A stretch of DNA of 64,000 nt, from the NCBI GenBank assembly GCA_963737655.1, contig CAVTTN010000002.1, positions 3,712,001-3,776,000 of the forward strand. Direction: 5' to 3'. Position 1 is the first letter of the stretch. Every line of letters begins with the position of its first letter. Source of the DNA: an uncultured Planctomycetota bacterium (GTDB taxonomy: Bacteria > Planctomycetota > Planctomycetia > Isosphaerales > Isosphaeraceae). The translations under genes and the position numbers were made by a program. This document shows, in pieces, positions 9,101 through 20,535 of this stretch. Below the pieces are notes generated by a model, which saw nothing but the letters and a program-made list of their open reading frames with translations, searched no databases and was not told where the DNA came from.

Positions 9101-10356
9101 TCAAATCACCGACCAGCCCCCCGCGACGAAGCTCCCTTCGAACATCGTGGCGACGACCGGCAAGGCGGAATCGAGGATCAGGCGATGGGGGTCCTCCTCG
9201 TCGCGATCCGGCAACGCCACGATCGCCAGGTCGGCCGATTTTCCCGGCTTGAGGCTGCCGGTCACCGCCTCGGACCGCAACGCCCAGGCGCCGAAGAGCG
9301 TGGCCATCGTCAGCAGCAGCTTGCCGCCGAGGTCCGGGTCGGCTCGATGCAGGAAGCGAACCTCATCGAGGACGCCCAGGGACGGCGCCGAGGCCAGGCT
9401 GTCCGTCCCCACCGTCACGATCCCCCCGGCTTCCAGGATCTGGCGGAACGGATGCGGCGCGTGGCCGAATCGCGCATGGGTCCTCGGGCAATAGGCCACC
9501 GCGACCCTCTGGCCGCTGGGCGCGGAGGCCGGTCGAAGCTGCCAGAAGTCCTCGGGGTCGAGGTACGTGCCGTGGGCGACGATCCAGTCGGCCTTGCGGA
9601 GCCCGCCCTTGCGGAGGTAATCGGCCGGGCGAGGGCCGATCGGTTCCCACCCATCGTCCCAGGCCCCGAGGGCCTCCAGGAAGCCTCGCAACCGGCCCTG
9701 ACGAGACGTCAGAAGCTCGATTTCCTCGGGCATTTCCGCCAGGTGGGTCGACAGCGGCAGGCCCGAATCGGCGGCCCGCTGATAGACCCAACCGGCCGTG
9801 CTGTACGGGGCGTGGGGCTCAGGCCCGGCCGGGCGCAGGCGGCCGATTGCGTCTCCGGGCGGAGCGTCGCGAGCCATTCGAAGGCGGACTTGATCGTCTC
9901 CAGCCCCCGCTCCCTCTTCAGGCCGATCAGCTCACAGAACACGACCGCGCGGATCGGCGCCTCGGCCAGGTCCGGCCAGCTCAGGCCGGCCGTCGTGGTG
10001 TCCGCGACCATCGTCGTCCCCGAGGCGATCGCGTCGGCCACGTGCCGGCGGGATGCCTCGCGGAGCGAGTCCAGCGACCCGAGTCGTCGTTGCGCGATCA
10101 CCCGGGCCAGCCACTCGATCTCGTCCTCGGCCCCGGTCCCCGAGTCCGGCCCGGGGATCGGGGAAAGCTCCAGATGCGTATGAGTGTTCACAAATCCCGG
10201 GACGATCGCGGCATTGCCCAGGTCGAGGTCGGCCGGGGCCTTGCCCGAACGGACCGAGGCGATCCGGCCATCGACCACGGTGACGATCCCGCCCTCGATC
10301 GGGGGCCCCTCGACGGGGAACACGTAGCGGGCCCGGATCGAGCGAGGCCGGGTCAT
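9101..10356 (-). pseudogene. Amidohydrolase (aminodeoxyfutalosine deaminase/MtaD-like), single-base frameshift near 9814-9817
   Basis: PGFVNTHTHLE in one frame; HAPYST, THLAE, AHG, GTDSLAS, GKSADL in another; adding one C restores GLSPHAPYST; ATGA overlap with the upstream stop. Confidence 0.85.
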
Positions 10357-12495
10357 CCGAGGGCCTCCCCGGCCCCCTTCGCGTCCCTTCGCCGCCAGAG
10401 GACCGCCAGTCCGCCGACGAAGGCCGCCGACCCCAGGGCCACCCACGGCCACCGATAGACCGCCTGGCCCGCCGCGCCGGGATCGAACAGGATCGCCGCC
10501 AGCCGCGTCCGGCCCGCCTCGCCGGCCACGGCCCCATCGGTCACCGCCAGCAGGTTATTGACGAAATGGAACGCGATGCACGGCCAGAGGCTCCGCGACC
10601 GGAACGCGATCAGCCCCAGGACCAGGCCCAATAGCGCCGCGTTGAAGAATTGCTGGAACACGCTCAGGAGTACATGAAGGAATCCGAAGAGAAAGGCCGT
10701 CGTCACGACCGCCGAGATCCGCCCGCCTCGCTCCAAACCACTGAGGAAGAAGCCGCGGAACGCGACCTCCTCGCAGACCGCCGGGACCGCCGCGAAGACC
10801 AGGATCGCCGTCCCCAGGTCGGGGACTTGCGAGAACAGGGCTTGCAGGGTCTCCTGGGTCTGTTTCGACATCGGGAACGCCGACTGGACCAGGGGCGCCA
10901 GGATGGAGCCGACCGGATGCCAGGCCACGGCCAGGGCCACCGCCAGGGCCAGATCGGCCAGCCTCGGGCGTCTCAGGCGAAGGGTCCCCAGGGGGTCGGA
11001 AGTGAACAGGAAGGCCAGGATCACCGGAGGCGTGAGCACGATCGCGACCAGGCTCAGGGCCACGCCCCTCGGCGAGCTCCCCAGCGACGCCGCCGTGAAC
11101 CACGCCGTCGAGATCATCAGGGCGAAGCAGAGGAGCGCCATCCCGGGCGTCGGCCTCGGCTCGCGATCCCGGACCAGGTGGCGGAGCCAGTCCTTCAAGG
11201 TGAACCGTTCCGCCTCCCGGAACAGGACGCCCTCGGTGTTGAATTGATCGACGGCCCACTTCAAGGCGAGGACGCCATAGAGGATCGTCGGCAGGAGGAC
11301 CGGCAGCGAGAACCGGGCCGCCACCTCGTATTTTCCCTGCATCAACGCCCGGAGCAGCAGGGAAACGCCGGAGATGGGGATCAGGCTGGTGAACAGGTCC
11401 AGCTCGATCCCGGGCATCATCGTCACCATCATCAGGGGCAACGCCACGATATACAGGGGGGTCAAATAGTATTGACCCTCCTTCATGCTCCGGGCCATCG
11501 CCGCCAGGGCCAGGCAGAGCGCCGAGAACATGGCCGAGAGCGGGATCAGCAGGACGACCATCCAGACCGCCGACGACAGGTTCGGCGCCGCGAGGACCGA
11601 TTCGAGGCGGTTCCCGGCGCGGCCGACCGTCCCGATGGACCGGGCCAGTTGCCACCCGGTCAAGCCCATGCTCAAGAGGTTCAGCGTGGCCGTGGCCATG
11701 CTCGCGGCCAGGACCGTCAGGAATTTCCCCAGGACGATCTCGGTGCGGCTCGCCGGGCTGATCAGGAGCGTTTCCATCGTCCCGCGTTCCTTCTCGCCGG
11801 CGCAGAGGTCGATGGCGGGGTAGAACGCCCCGGTCAGCGACATCATCACCAGGAGGAACGGGAAGAACTGGGCCCAGACGCTCGTGCCGACCTCCTCGGG
11901 CCGGGCCACGTCCTGGACCTCGACCCTCGTCGGCTCGACGAAGCTCGCCGGCTTATTCTCCTTCTTCAACCGGCCCTGGACGATCGCCTCCCGCCACGAA
12001 TCCAGGACGCCGCGGACCCTCGTGGCGCAGATTCAGGCTCTGCTCGTCGGCGCTGTTGTAGGCCACCGGGAGCCTTGCCGCGTCGCCCGAGAGCAAGGTC
12101 TGGCGGAAGTCGGCCGGGATGATGACGACCGCGTCGGCCTCCCCGCCCCGGACGGCCAGCTCGACGGCCTTCGGATCGGTCCAGGGAGGCTCCGAGCGCA
12201 CCGGCCGGACCTTCAACTTCGCCGCTTCGGCCTCGGTCGGCGGGAAGAAGTATTCGGCCCGGAACTCGTCTCGCGCCCGGTTCAGGAGGGGCGGGTCATC
12301 GGGCAGGTTCTCGGCCCCGACGAGCACCACCGTCCTCGGCTTCTGCTGGAACGCCTGGACGAACTGGGCCATCCCCAGCCCGAGCATGGGGTAGAGCAAG
12401 ATCGGCAAGAAGACGACCATGAACAGCGTCCGGCGGTCCCGGAGCTGGTCGCGGAGCTCTCGGCCGAAGACGATCCCGACGTTCGCCAGACGCAT
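10353..12495 (-). pseudogene. natB: ABC exporter permease NatB fused to a CPBP (CAAX/Abi) intramembrane protease, frameshift near 12032
   Basis: RELRDQLRDRRTL, AGEKERGTMETLL, EEVAFRG, FGFLH, HFVNN; removing one A gives DEQSLICATRVRGVLDSW. Confidence 0.85.
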
Positions 12496-12525
12496 GAAAA
12501 GATCCGATCCCGAAGAATGACCCGC

Positions 12526-13290
12526 CTAGACGACCGCCACGCCGCCGGCCTCCTCCTCGGCCTTCTCGACCAGGTGGAAGAACAGCTCCTCCAGGTCGGG
12601 CTGACCGTGCTTTTCCAGCAATTCGAGGGGTTCCCCCTCGTCCTGGACCCGTCCCTTGTGGATGATCGCCACCCGGGAACAGAGTTTCTCCACTTCATGC
12701 ATCGCGTGGGTCGAGAACAGGATCGTCTTGCCCCGATCGCGGAGCTCGGCGATCGTCCTGAGCACCGCGCGGGCCACCAGGACGTCGAGTCCCGCCGTCG
12801 GCTCGTCGAAGATCAGCACCGGCGGATCATGGACGATGGTCCGGGCGATCGAGGCCTTCTGCTTCATCCCGGTGGACATCTTCGCTCCCAGGACGTCGCG
12901 GAAATCGTCCATGCGGAGCCATCCAAAAACCTCTTCCATCCGCTCCTTCAGCCGTTCGGGGGGCAGGCCGTAGAGCCGGCCGAAGTACTCGACGAATTCC
13001 CACGCCGTCATGCGATCATAAACGCCCGTGCTCGCCGACATGTATCCGATCCGGGAGCGGACCATCTCGGGCTGAGCGGCCACGTCGAACCCGGCGATCT
13101 CCGCCCGCCCGCCGGTCGGCCGCAGGACGGTCGAGAGCATCCGCAGAGTCGTGGTCTTCCCCGCCCCGTTCGGCCCGAGGAGGCCGTAAATCGCCCCGGG
13201 ACGGCAGGTGAACGAGACCCCCGACACGGCCGGCACCCACCCTCGGCGGTAGTCGAGGAACGATTTCGAGAGGTCCTCAACGACGATCAC
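12526..13290 (-). CDS. natA: ABC transporter ATP-binding protein, NatA-like
   Basis: [33 protein letters not shown] start at 13290. Confidence 0.9.
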   Translation of the reverse strand: MIVVEDLSKSFLDYRRGWVPAVSGVSFTCRPGAIYGLLGPNGAGKTTTLRMLSTVLRPTGGRAEIAGFDVAAQPEMVRSRIGYMSASTGVYDRMTAWEFVEYFGRLYGLPPERLKERMEEVFGWLRMDDFRDVLGAKMSTGMKQKASIARTIVHDPPVLIFDEPTAGLDVLVARAVLRTIAELRDRGKTILFSTHAMHEVEKLCSRVAIIHKGRVQDEGEPLELLEKHGQPDLEELFFHLVEKAEEEAGGVAVV

Positions 13291-13465
13291 GTCAAACCCA
13301 CCCAGAAGGACCGGAAGTTTCGCCCCACCATCTTTCCCGAGAACGAGTTCCGGGGCAACCCACCGGCGAGGATTCCCGAGATGGCGAGGCACCCCCGAAC
13401 TGGTCGGTGGGCCGGTTCATGCTACAATCGATCCGAGGGCCTCTCAGAACGTGGAGGAGGGAGTC

Positions 13466-14089
13466 ATGGCCAGCGTCACGCCGATCGTAGCCGAGTCGGT
13501 ACTGCTCCCGGAGCTTGACGAGTCCTTCGACGACGAATTTCCAAGACCGGTCCTGGACCCGGAAGAGATCCTTGGCGATACCCGATACGAGATGGTCCGG
13601 GGCGTCGTGGTGGAGCTGGAGCCGATGGCGACGTGGCCTTCCATCCTCGCGTCCGAACTGACCCGTCGCCTGGGCAATGAGGTGAAGCAACGCCGACTCG
13701 GGCGGGTCCAGATGGAGACGATCTTCCTCATCGATGAGGAGGCCAAGAATCGCCGCCGACCCGACGTCTCGTTCGTTTCCTACGATCGGTGGTCGAAAGC
13801 GACCCCGGTGCCCAGACAGGTCTGGCCTGTGGTGCCCGACCTGGCCGTCGAGGTCGTGAGCCCCACGGATTACGCCGTGGACGTCCTGGCCAAGATTCGC
13901 GAATACTTTGAGGCCGGGGTCCGGCTCGTCTGGGCCGTTTATCCCGAGTTGCGGACCGTCCACGCCTTCCAATCCTTCGACAGGATCCAGCTCATCACGG
14001 CCGACGGTGTGCTCGAAGGCGGAGACGTCCTCCCGGGCCTGAAAGTTCCGATGGCCGAGCTCTTCGAAGACCTCGGCGCCGATTCGTGA
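13466..14089 (+). CDS. Uma2 family (DUF820) endonuclease-like protein
   Basis: RRPDVSFV, PDLAVEVVSP, KIREYFEAGVRLVWAVYP, LPGL; GGAGG RBS and TACAAT upstream. Confidence 0.9.
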   Translation: MASVTPIVAESVLLPELDESFDDEFPRPVLDPEEILGDTRYEMVRGVVVELEPMATWPSILASELTRRLGNEVKQRRLGRVQMETIFLIDEEAKNRRRPDVSFVSYDRWSKATPVPRQVWPVVPDLAVEVVSPTDYAVDVLAKIREYFEAGVRLVWAVYPELRTVHAFQSFDRIQLITADGVLEGGDVLPGLKVPMAELFEDLGADS

Positions 14090-14171
14090 AGGTTTTCCGT
14101 TCCGATCGGCCGGACATTCGGGTATCCTTCGCCGAAGCATCCGTGACGGATGAACCTCGGAGGCCCCGACG

Positions 14172-15998
14172 ATGGCTCGCCCCCGCCCGCCGATCCGGGT
14201 TTTCGGACGATGGCTCGCCTGGCTCTCGCTCGCGGGGCCGATGCTGGCCTGTCCGGCCCTCGCCGACGACCCGGCCTCGTGGGTCAATGCCCGGGTCGTC
14301 CTGAAGTCGGCGAGCGTGAAGCTCACGAATGATCAGGGCGTCGTGGAGACAATGCCCTATGCGGGCGCCTTCCGCGTGGTCCGGGTGGACGGCCGCCGGC
14401 TCTGGCTGGAGAGTTTCCTGGACGAATCGGGATGGGTCCTCGAAGACGAGGTCGTGCGGATCGGCGATGCCTTGAAATTCTTCGAAGAGAAGCTCACCCC
14501 CGGTCCCGATGCGTATGCATACGCCATGCGGGCCTCCTCTCGGCTCACCACGTTGGGGGGCGATCTTCAGCAGAAATATCGACTCAACATCGCCGATCTC
14601 ACGGAGGCGATCCGGCTCGACCCGGAATCTTGCGAATTGTACTTCAAGCGAGCCGGGTCCCTGGAGATGTCGGGCGAGCCTGACAGGGCCTTCGCGGACA
14701 CCGATCAGGCCATTCGGCTGTCGGAGGGCACGCCCTATCATTCCAGATACCTCTTCGGTCGAGCCTCGCGATGGAAGAGGAAGGGTGAGATCGACCTTGC
14801 CCTCGCCGACCTGGACCGTGCGATCGCCCTTGGTTCCTCGAAAAGCCTCATGGCGGCGATGTTCAGGACCCGGGCCGAGATCTGGCAGGAGAAGGGAGAC
14901 TTCGATCGCTCCCTGGCCGATTGCAACGCGGGTTTGAAGATCGAGCCCGGTTTGCAGTCTCTCGTTTTCCTTCGCGGCAAGACGTTTGCCTCGAAAGCCG
15001 ACCATGAGAGCGCGATCCGGGATTTCAACCGGGTGATTGAGTTGGATCCGGGATACGTGGCCTGCTTCAAGGCACGTGCCTCGTCTCGAATCGCTCTCGG
15101 GCGGTTTGCCGAAGCGATCGCGGACTACGACCTCTCCCTGGCGAGGAACCCGAAACAGCCCGACATCTGGCAGGCTCGATCCTATGCTCAGGCCAGCCTC
15201 GGCGACCACCGCGCGGCGATCGCCAGCCTGGACCGGGCGATCGAACTGGCTCCCCAGGCCGCTCAACTCTACCGTTCTCGGGGTTTCTCCTGGACGAGGT
15301 TGGGCGAAGATGGCAAGGCGATCGAGGACCTCGGTCGTGCCGTCGCCCTGGATCCGAAAGTCGCCGATGCGTGGCACGATCGCGCGTCGGCTCGGTTGCG
15401 AACCTTTCAACTGCCGGGTGCCATCGAGGACGAGAACGAGGCGATCCGACTCCGGCCCGACAAGCCCGAATACTGGCGGACCCGGGCCGGCGCCTTCCTG
15501 CTTTGCCTCGACATGGACCGGGCCCTCAAGGACTATGACGAGGCGATCGGGCTCGACCCGGGCAGCGCCGACCTGTATCGGGGCCGGGCCGTCGTCTTCA
15601 ACCGCAGGGGAGAATACGAGCGGGCGATCGCCGACCTTCGCGAATCCATCCGGCTCGACAGGGCCTCTCATGGTGCCGCCCTGCAACTGGCCCGCATCCT
15701 GTCGGCCTGCCCCGACGAAAAGTTCCGCCGGGGCGAGGAAGCCTTGACGCTCGCCCTGGTCCACAACAAGTCCCTGAACTGGGCGAACCACACGGCCCTG
15801 GATGTCCTCGCCGGAGCATTCGCCGAGGTCGGGCTGTTCCCCATCGCGGTTGGCGTCGAGCAAAGCGCTCGGAACGCCCTTCCGGCCAAGGATTCCGTCC
15901 TGCGGTCGCTCTACCTCGCCCACGAAGACCTCTACCGCATGGAGACACCCCTTCGCCTGGGAACTTCTCCTGAGGTCCCGGCCCCTCTCCCGAAGTGA
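14172..15998 (+). CDS. Secreted tetratricopeptide-repeat protein
   Basis: Signal peptide; many RA/RG..AIAD...AI.LDP repeats; LARILSACPDEKFR motif. Confidence 0.88.
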   Translation: MARPRPPIRVFGRWLAWLSLAGPMLACPALADDPASWVNARVVLKSASVKLTNDQGVVETMPYAGAFRVVRVDGRRLWLESFLDESGWVLEDEVVRIGDALKFFEEKLTPGPDAYAYAMRASSRLTTLGGDLQQKYRLNIADLTEAIRLDPESCELYFKRAGSLEMSGEPDRAFADTDQAIRLSEGTPYHSRYLFGRASRWKRKGEIDLALADLDRAIALGSSKSLMAAMFRTRAEIWQEKGDFDRSLADCNAGLKIEPGLQSLVFLRGKTFASKADHESAIRDFNRVIELDPGYVACFKARASSRIALGRFAEAIADYDLSLARNPKQPDIWQARSYAQASLGDHRAAIASLDRAIELAPQAAQLYRSRGFSWTRLGEDGKAIEDLGRAVALDPKVADAWHDRASARLRTFQLPGAIEDENEAIRLRPDKPEYWRTRAGAFLLCLDMDRALKDYDEAIGLDPGSADLYRGRAVVFNRRGEYERAIADLRESIRLDRASHGAALQLARILSACPDEKFRRGEEALTLALVHNKSLNWANHTALDVLAGAFAEVGLFPIAVGVEQSARNALPAKDSVLRSLYLAHEDLYRMETPLRLGTSPEVPAPLPK

Positions 15999-16034
15999 GG
16001 CCGAGACCGTCGGACGATCCCGAAGGGAGAGGGC

Positions 16035-17138
16035 CTACACGGCCAGCGCCATCGCCATTTGCGGCTCGGCGTCGATGTATTCGTAGAAGACGTTCCGCTG
16101 CCTGGGGACGTAACCGGCCTCTCGGATCGCCCTCTTGATCTCGTTCAGGGTGAGGTGGTGGACCGTCCCGGCCGAGGAGACGACGTTCTCCTCGATCATG
16201 AGGCTGCCCATGTCGTTCGCCCCGAAAAACAGGGCGATCTGGCCGATTTTTGCCCCTTGCGTGACCCAGGACGACTGGATGTTCGGCACGTTGTCCAGGT
16301 AGAGACGAGAAATCGCCTGGACCCTCAGGTACTCGAACGCCCCCGAAGCCGGGACGTCCTTCATCTCGGTGTGATCGGGCTGGAACGTCCAGGAGATGAA
16401 CGCCGTGAGGCCGCCCGTCTCGTCCTGGAGCTGGCGGACTCGCTCGAAGTGCTCGATGCGTTCTTCCTGGGTCTCGATGTGGCCGAACATCATCGTGGCC
16501 GTGGACCTGCCGCCGAGCTCGTGCCAGACCCGGTGGACGTTCAGCCAGTCGTCGGTGAGCACCTTCCCCTTCGTCATCGCCTTGCGGACGCGATCGACGA
16601 GGATCTCGCCGCCCCCTCCGGGCAGTGAGCCGAGCCCGGCGTCCTTGAGTTGCGCGAGGACGTCGCGCAAGGGCATCTTGAACTTTTTGTGGAAGAAGTG
16701 GACCTCGGGCGGGCTGAACCCGTGGATGTTGATCCGGGGGAAGTGCGACTTGATGTCCTGGAGGAGGTCGAGATACCACTCGAACGGCAGGTCGGGATGC
16801 AGTCCGCCCTGCATCAGGATCTGGTCGCCGCCGAGCGCCTCGGTCTCCTCGATCTTCTTCAGCAAGGCCCCGCGTTCGAGGACGTAGGCGTCCGTGTCGC
16901 CGACCTTGCGATAGAAGGCGCAGAAATCGCAGATCGCGGCGCAGACATTCGTGTAATTGATGTTGCGGTCGATGTTGTAGGTGCGGAACGGCTCGGGGTG
17001 GAGGCGTCGGCAAACGGCGTCGGCGGCCTTCCCCAGGGAGAGGAGGTCGGCCTCCCTCATCAGGGTCACTCCGTCGTCGAAACTCAGGCGGTCGCCGTCA
17101 ACGACTCGTCGCAAGATCGAGGGGACTGCTGAAGACAA
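16035..17138 (-). CDS. mqnC: Cyclic dehypoxanthinyl futalosine synthase (radical SAM)
   Basis: DRNINYTNVCAAICDFCAFYR, QGGLHP, PGGGGEIL, TATMMFGHIE, GANDMGSLMIEENVV; adjacent to mqnA. Confidence 0.93.
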   Translation of the reverse strand: MSSAVPSILRRVVDGDRLSFDDGVTLMREADLLSLGKAADAVCRRLHPEPFRTYNIDRNINYTNVCAAICDFCAFYRKVGDTDAYVLERGALLKKIEETEALGGDQILMQGGLHPDLPFEWYLDLLQDIKSHFPRINIHGFSPPEVHFFHKKFKMPLRDVLAQLKDAGLGSLPGGGGEILVDRVRKAMTKGKVLTDDWLNVHRVWHELGGRSTATMMFGHIETQEERIEHFERVRQLQDETGGLTAFISWTFQPDHTEMKDVPASGAFEYLRVQAISRLYLDNVPNIQSSWVTQGAKIGQIALFFGANDMGSLMIEENVVSSAGTVHHLTLNEIKRAIREAGYVPRQRNVFYEYIDAEPQMAMALAV

Positions 17139-17925
17139 GGTCCGCTCCTCTCGGGGCCAGCCCCAAATCGGCCGCCTTCTCGGCGAACAGGCGGAGGCCC
17201 GCCAGTTCCGGCCCGTTCAGGTCGTAGGACAGGACTTCGGTCAGATAACTCAGGCAAGACGAGCGGTCGAGGCCCAATCGGGGGCCATTCGCGTCGGCGA
17301 TCTCCCCGGCGTGGGCCAGTCCCAGACGCCTCGACCTGTCCAGCTGGGCGGGCAGCTCGCCGAGATCGACGCCCGGCCTCGCCACCCAGAGCGCGAAGAC
17401 GAAGGGGAGGCCCGTGAGCCGGTTCCAGGCCTGGGCCAGGTCCACGACGGCGAAAAACGGCTCGTCCGGGTCGTTCATGGCCCGGTCGCCGATCAGCAGG
17501 ACGGCGTCGGCCGTGCTCTCCTGGACCGGGACGCCCATCGGCAGGGTCTCGACGATCGGCGGACGGACCCCGTGGGCCGAGTCGAGCCAGACCCGGCAGA
17601 GGGCCTGGCTCGTCCTCGAACCTTCATCGAGGGCCAATCGGCGGATCTGCGGGAACGGGACGCGGCTGAACAGCTTCACGCTCCGGACCGGACCCCTCGC
17701 CGCGATGGCGAACCCCGGGATGATCCGGTAACCCAGCCGGGCCCCGCGAAGGTATTCCACCGAGGGAATCAACGCCACGTCCAGCTCGGCCCGCGCCAGG
17801 CGGTCGGCCAGGACGCTCGGGTAATCCATCTCCAGACGGACCGAGGGCGCGATCTCCCCGAGACGGTAATACAGCGGCTTCGCGTTCAGGTACGTGACCG
17901 CGCCGACCCGCAACGTCCCGCCCAT
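17098..17925 (-). CDS. mqnA: Chorismate dehydratase (futalosine pathway)
   Basis: YLNAKPL, GPVRSV, SRTSQAL, LLIGDRAM, TGLPFVFALW. Confidence 0.92.
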   Translation of the reverse strand: MGGTLRVGAVTYLNAKPLYYRLGEIAPSVRLEMDYPSVLADRLARAELDVALIPSVEYLRGARLGYRIIPGFAIAARGPVRSVKLFSRVPFPQIRRLALDEGSRTSQALCRVWLDSAHGVRPPIVETLPMGVPVQESTADAVLLIGDRAMNDPDEPFFAVVDLAQAWNRLTGLPFVFALWVARPGVDLGELPAQLDRSRRLGLAHAGEIADANGPRLGLDRSSCLSYLTEVLSYDLNGPELAGLRLFAEKAADLGLAPRGADLVFSSPLDLATSR

Positions 17926-18028
17926 CCGCCGGCCCTCCGAACGATCCGGGTGATTCCGTCCGAACGTTCAGAAAAAAGTATACGCCGAACGGGGCGGAGC
18001 GGCAAGGCGGGTTGATCGGTCCGGCCGG

Positions 18029-19771
18029 TCAATAATCCATCCTCTGGAAGGCCCTCATGCCCATCCGAAGGGGGACGATGGTCGCGATCGCCCCGAGGAT
18101 CAGGCTGACGGCGACGGAGAGCATGAGCCAGCCGCGGACCTGGTCGATCTTGACGGCCTGGAAGAACGGGGCGTCGTTGATCTCGATCCGGTAGAAGAGG
18201 AGCTGCGAAGGCATCGCCAGGGCGGTGACGACGAGGATGATGAAGACCAGGCTGACGAGGAGGTTGAGCGTCCCGCCGAAGCCCGAGGCGATCTTGGACG
18301 GGTCCTCCTCGCGGAGGTTGGGCAAGCGGGCGCCGAGGCCGACGCTGATGCCCGAGAGGCCGAAGCAGAGGATCGCCACCGTGGCCGCGTGGACGAGGAT
18401 CATCGTCGGCCCGACTTCCAGCATGATGTCGGAGAGGATGATCAGGAACTCCGTGGCGACCAGCGAGATCCCCGAGGCGAACGCGAACTTGCCCCAGAGG
18501 ATCGCGTCTCGCCTTAGGGGCAGCAGGCCGAGCACCCAGAGGTTGCGGCCTTCGAGCGAGAGTAGCGGGAAGATGAATCGGGTGGTGAATGTCGAAAGGA
18601 TCAGCGCGGTGACGGTCAGGTTCATGAAGCTCAGGAGGTTGCGTTGCCAGTAGGGCGTCTGCTCGCCGTAGCCGAGCCGGCGGATGTTGATGAAGTAGAA
18701 CGCGAGCAAGCCGAAGAAGATCAGGAACTGCGACCACTGCGCGGGGTCTCGGCGGAAGGTGCGGAGGTCCTTGAGGATCAGCAACCGGATCGGATTGGGC
18801 AGGAAGAAGAAGGCGCGGTGGAACAGGGAATCGAGCCCGTACAGGCCGATCCTCCGGCGAGACGACCGGCCGCCCTGGACCCGGCTGTAGCCCCTCCGGT
18901 AGAGGTCGCGAGCGGCCACGGCGGCGAGGAGGTAGGCCACGCCGGCGTGGGAGGTCGTCGCCATCAGGTAGAACAGTCCCTCGGTCCACTCGCCCTTGGC
19001 GGCGCCGAGGAGCCCCTTGGACATCCAAGTGCTGGGCAGGAGCGGGTGCTGGCTGAAGGCGAGCTGGCCGATCAGGGCGTCGAGCCAGTCGCGGGTCATC
19101 GCGTCCCCGGGGGTTCGGAAGAGGCGAATCCCCAGGAAGACGCCCCCGACGACGACGGCCCCGGCCAGCAGGGCCAGGCCCGTCTTGGCTCGCCTCGGCA
19201 TGTAGTTGGCGATCAGGATCGCGCCGATTGCCCCGAGGCTGCCCGGGATCAGGACGAAACCGAGCAGGAACGCGAGGAACACGAGATAGAACCCGGGAGA
19301 CGCCCCGACGCTGATCCCATACGCCACCATCATCGGGCTGCCCAGGAGCAGGAACCCCCAGCACGAGAAGGCCATCGCCTCGGCGAACTTGAACGCGAAC
19401 ACGCGGTCGGCCGGCGCGGGCATCGTGAGGAGGTAGGTGGACTCCCTGGAGTGGAACAGGCCGGTGTAGGTGATGATCCCCGTCGAGAAGACCAGCAAGA
19501 TCAACAGAGAGAGGAAGAACATCCCGAAGAGATATTCGATCACCTCGCCGGTGGACCCGACATACGTGGAGAGGAACTGGAACCCCTCGAAGAACAGGAC
19601 GAACAGGGCCGTCCAGAAGACGGCCGAGCATCCCAGGATCATCGCGAAGCGGAGCCGGGAGCCGGCGATCAGGCCGGCGACCTGATTCTTGAGGAGGCGG
19701 AGCCTCAGGCGGGACAGCGCGCGGGCGGGCCTCCCCGGAGTGCCTCGCGTCCCGGCCCGGATCGTCGTCAC
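18029..19771 (-). CDS. Putative ABC exporter permease
   Basis: Many TM helices; KDLRTFRRDPAQWSQ, RFIFPLLSLEG; GTG start overlapping the ATPase stop (GTGA). Confidence 0.85.
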   Translation of the reverse strand: MTTIRAGTRGTPGRPARALSRLRLRLLKNQVAGLIAGSRLRFAMILGCSAVFWTALFVLFFEGFQFLSTYVGSTGEVIEYLFGMFFLSLLILLVFSTGIITYTGLFHSRESTYLLTMPAPADRVFAFKFAEAMAFSCWGFLLLGSPMMVAYGISVGASPGFYLVFLAFLLGFVLIPGSLGAIGAILIANYMPRRAKTGLALLAGAVVVGGVFLGIRLFRTPGDAMTRDWLDALIGQLAFSQHPLLPSTWMSKGLLGAAKGEWTEGLFYLMATTSHAGVAYLLAAVAARDLYRRGYSRVQGGRSSRRRIGLYGLDSLFHRAFFFLPNPIRLLILKDLRTFRRDPAQWSQFLIFFGLLAFYFINIRRLGYGEQTPYWQRNLLSFMNLTVTALILSTFTTRFIFPLLSLEGRNLWVLGLLPLRRDAILWGKFAFASGISLVATEFLIILSDIMLEVGPTMILVHAATVAILCFGLSGISVGLGARLPNLREEDPSKIASGFGGTLNLLVSLVFIILVVTALAMPSQLLFYRIEINDAPFFQAVKIDQVRGWLMLSVAVSLILGAIATIVPLRMGMRAFQRMDY

Positions 19772-20535
19772 GATCGCGCCTCCAGCTCGCCCACGGCCCC
19801 GATCGGATTGGCCACGGGACGGTCCCCGCCGGTCAGGCGGAGGAACAGGTGTTCGAGGGGGCCGTGAATCTGGGCCTCCTCGCGGATCTCGGCGAGGCTG
19901 CCCCGGGTGAGCATCCGGCCGTGATCGATGATCCCGATCGTGTCGGCCAGCTCCTCGGCGATCGAGAGCAGGTGCGTGGACATCATCACGGCCACGCCCG
20001 ATCGGGCCTGCGCGAGGAATAGATCCTTGACGATCCGGGCCGATCGCGGGTCCAGGCCCACGAGCGGCTCGTCGACGATCAGGACCTTGGGATCGTGGAC
20101 CAGCGCCGAGGCGAAGACGACTCGCTGCTTCATCCCGTGCGAGTAGTTCTCGCTGAGCTCGTCGATGAAGTCGCCCATCTCGAAGATCTCGACGAGCGAG
20201 GCGATCTTGGTCCGGGCCGCGGTGGGATCGATCCCGTACATCTCGCTGACGAAGCGGAGGAACTCGCGGCCGGTGAGCTTCTCGTAGAGGTAGGGCTGGT
20301 CCGGGACGTAGGCCATCATCTGGCGGGCGTCCTGGCTGGAGGCGGGGAAGCCGCCGATGAGGACGGTCCCGGCCGTCGGCGTGAGCAACCCGCAGATCAT
20401 CTTGATGGTGGTGGTCTTGCCGGCGCCGTTGGGCCCGAGGAAGGCGAAGAGCTCGCCGGCCTTGACCTCCAGGTCCAGGCGGTCCACGGCCTTCCTCGCG
20501 CCGAAGGCCTTGGTCACGCCCCGAAGCTCGATCAT
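19768..20535 (-). CDS. ABC transporter ATP-binding protein (in frame with the upstream ORF)
   Basis: [50 protein letters not shown] before ATG 20535. Confidence 0.9.
   Translation of the reverse strand: MIELRGVTKAFGARKAVDRLDLEVKAGELFAFLGPNGAGKTTTIKMICGLLTPTAGTVLIGGFPASSQDARQMMAYVPDQPYLYEKLTGREFLRFVSEMYGIDPTAARTKIASLVEIFEMGDFIDELSENYSHGMKQRVVFASALVHDPKVLIVDEPLVGLDPRSARIVKDLFLAQARSGVAVMMSTHLLSIAEELADTIGIIDHGRMLTRGSLAEIREEAQIHGPLEHLFLRLTGGDRPVANPIGAVGELEARS

Noticed and set aside
9814..12033. Programmed ribosomal frameshifting or phase variation in the amidohydrolase and natB
   Set aside because: No slippery X XXY YYZ heptamer or long homopolymer; sequencing indels are the simpler explanation.
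15983..16033. ccctctccc/gggagaggg pair, and a similar hairpin at 21583-21610, as a second REP family
   Set aside because: Stems are only 8-9 bp with long loops in GC-rich DNA; at most terminator-like, with too little evidence in this window.
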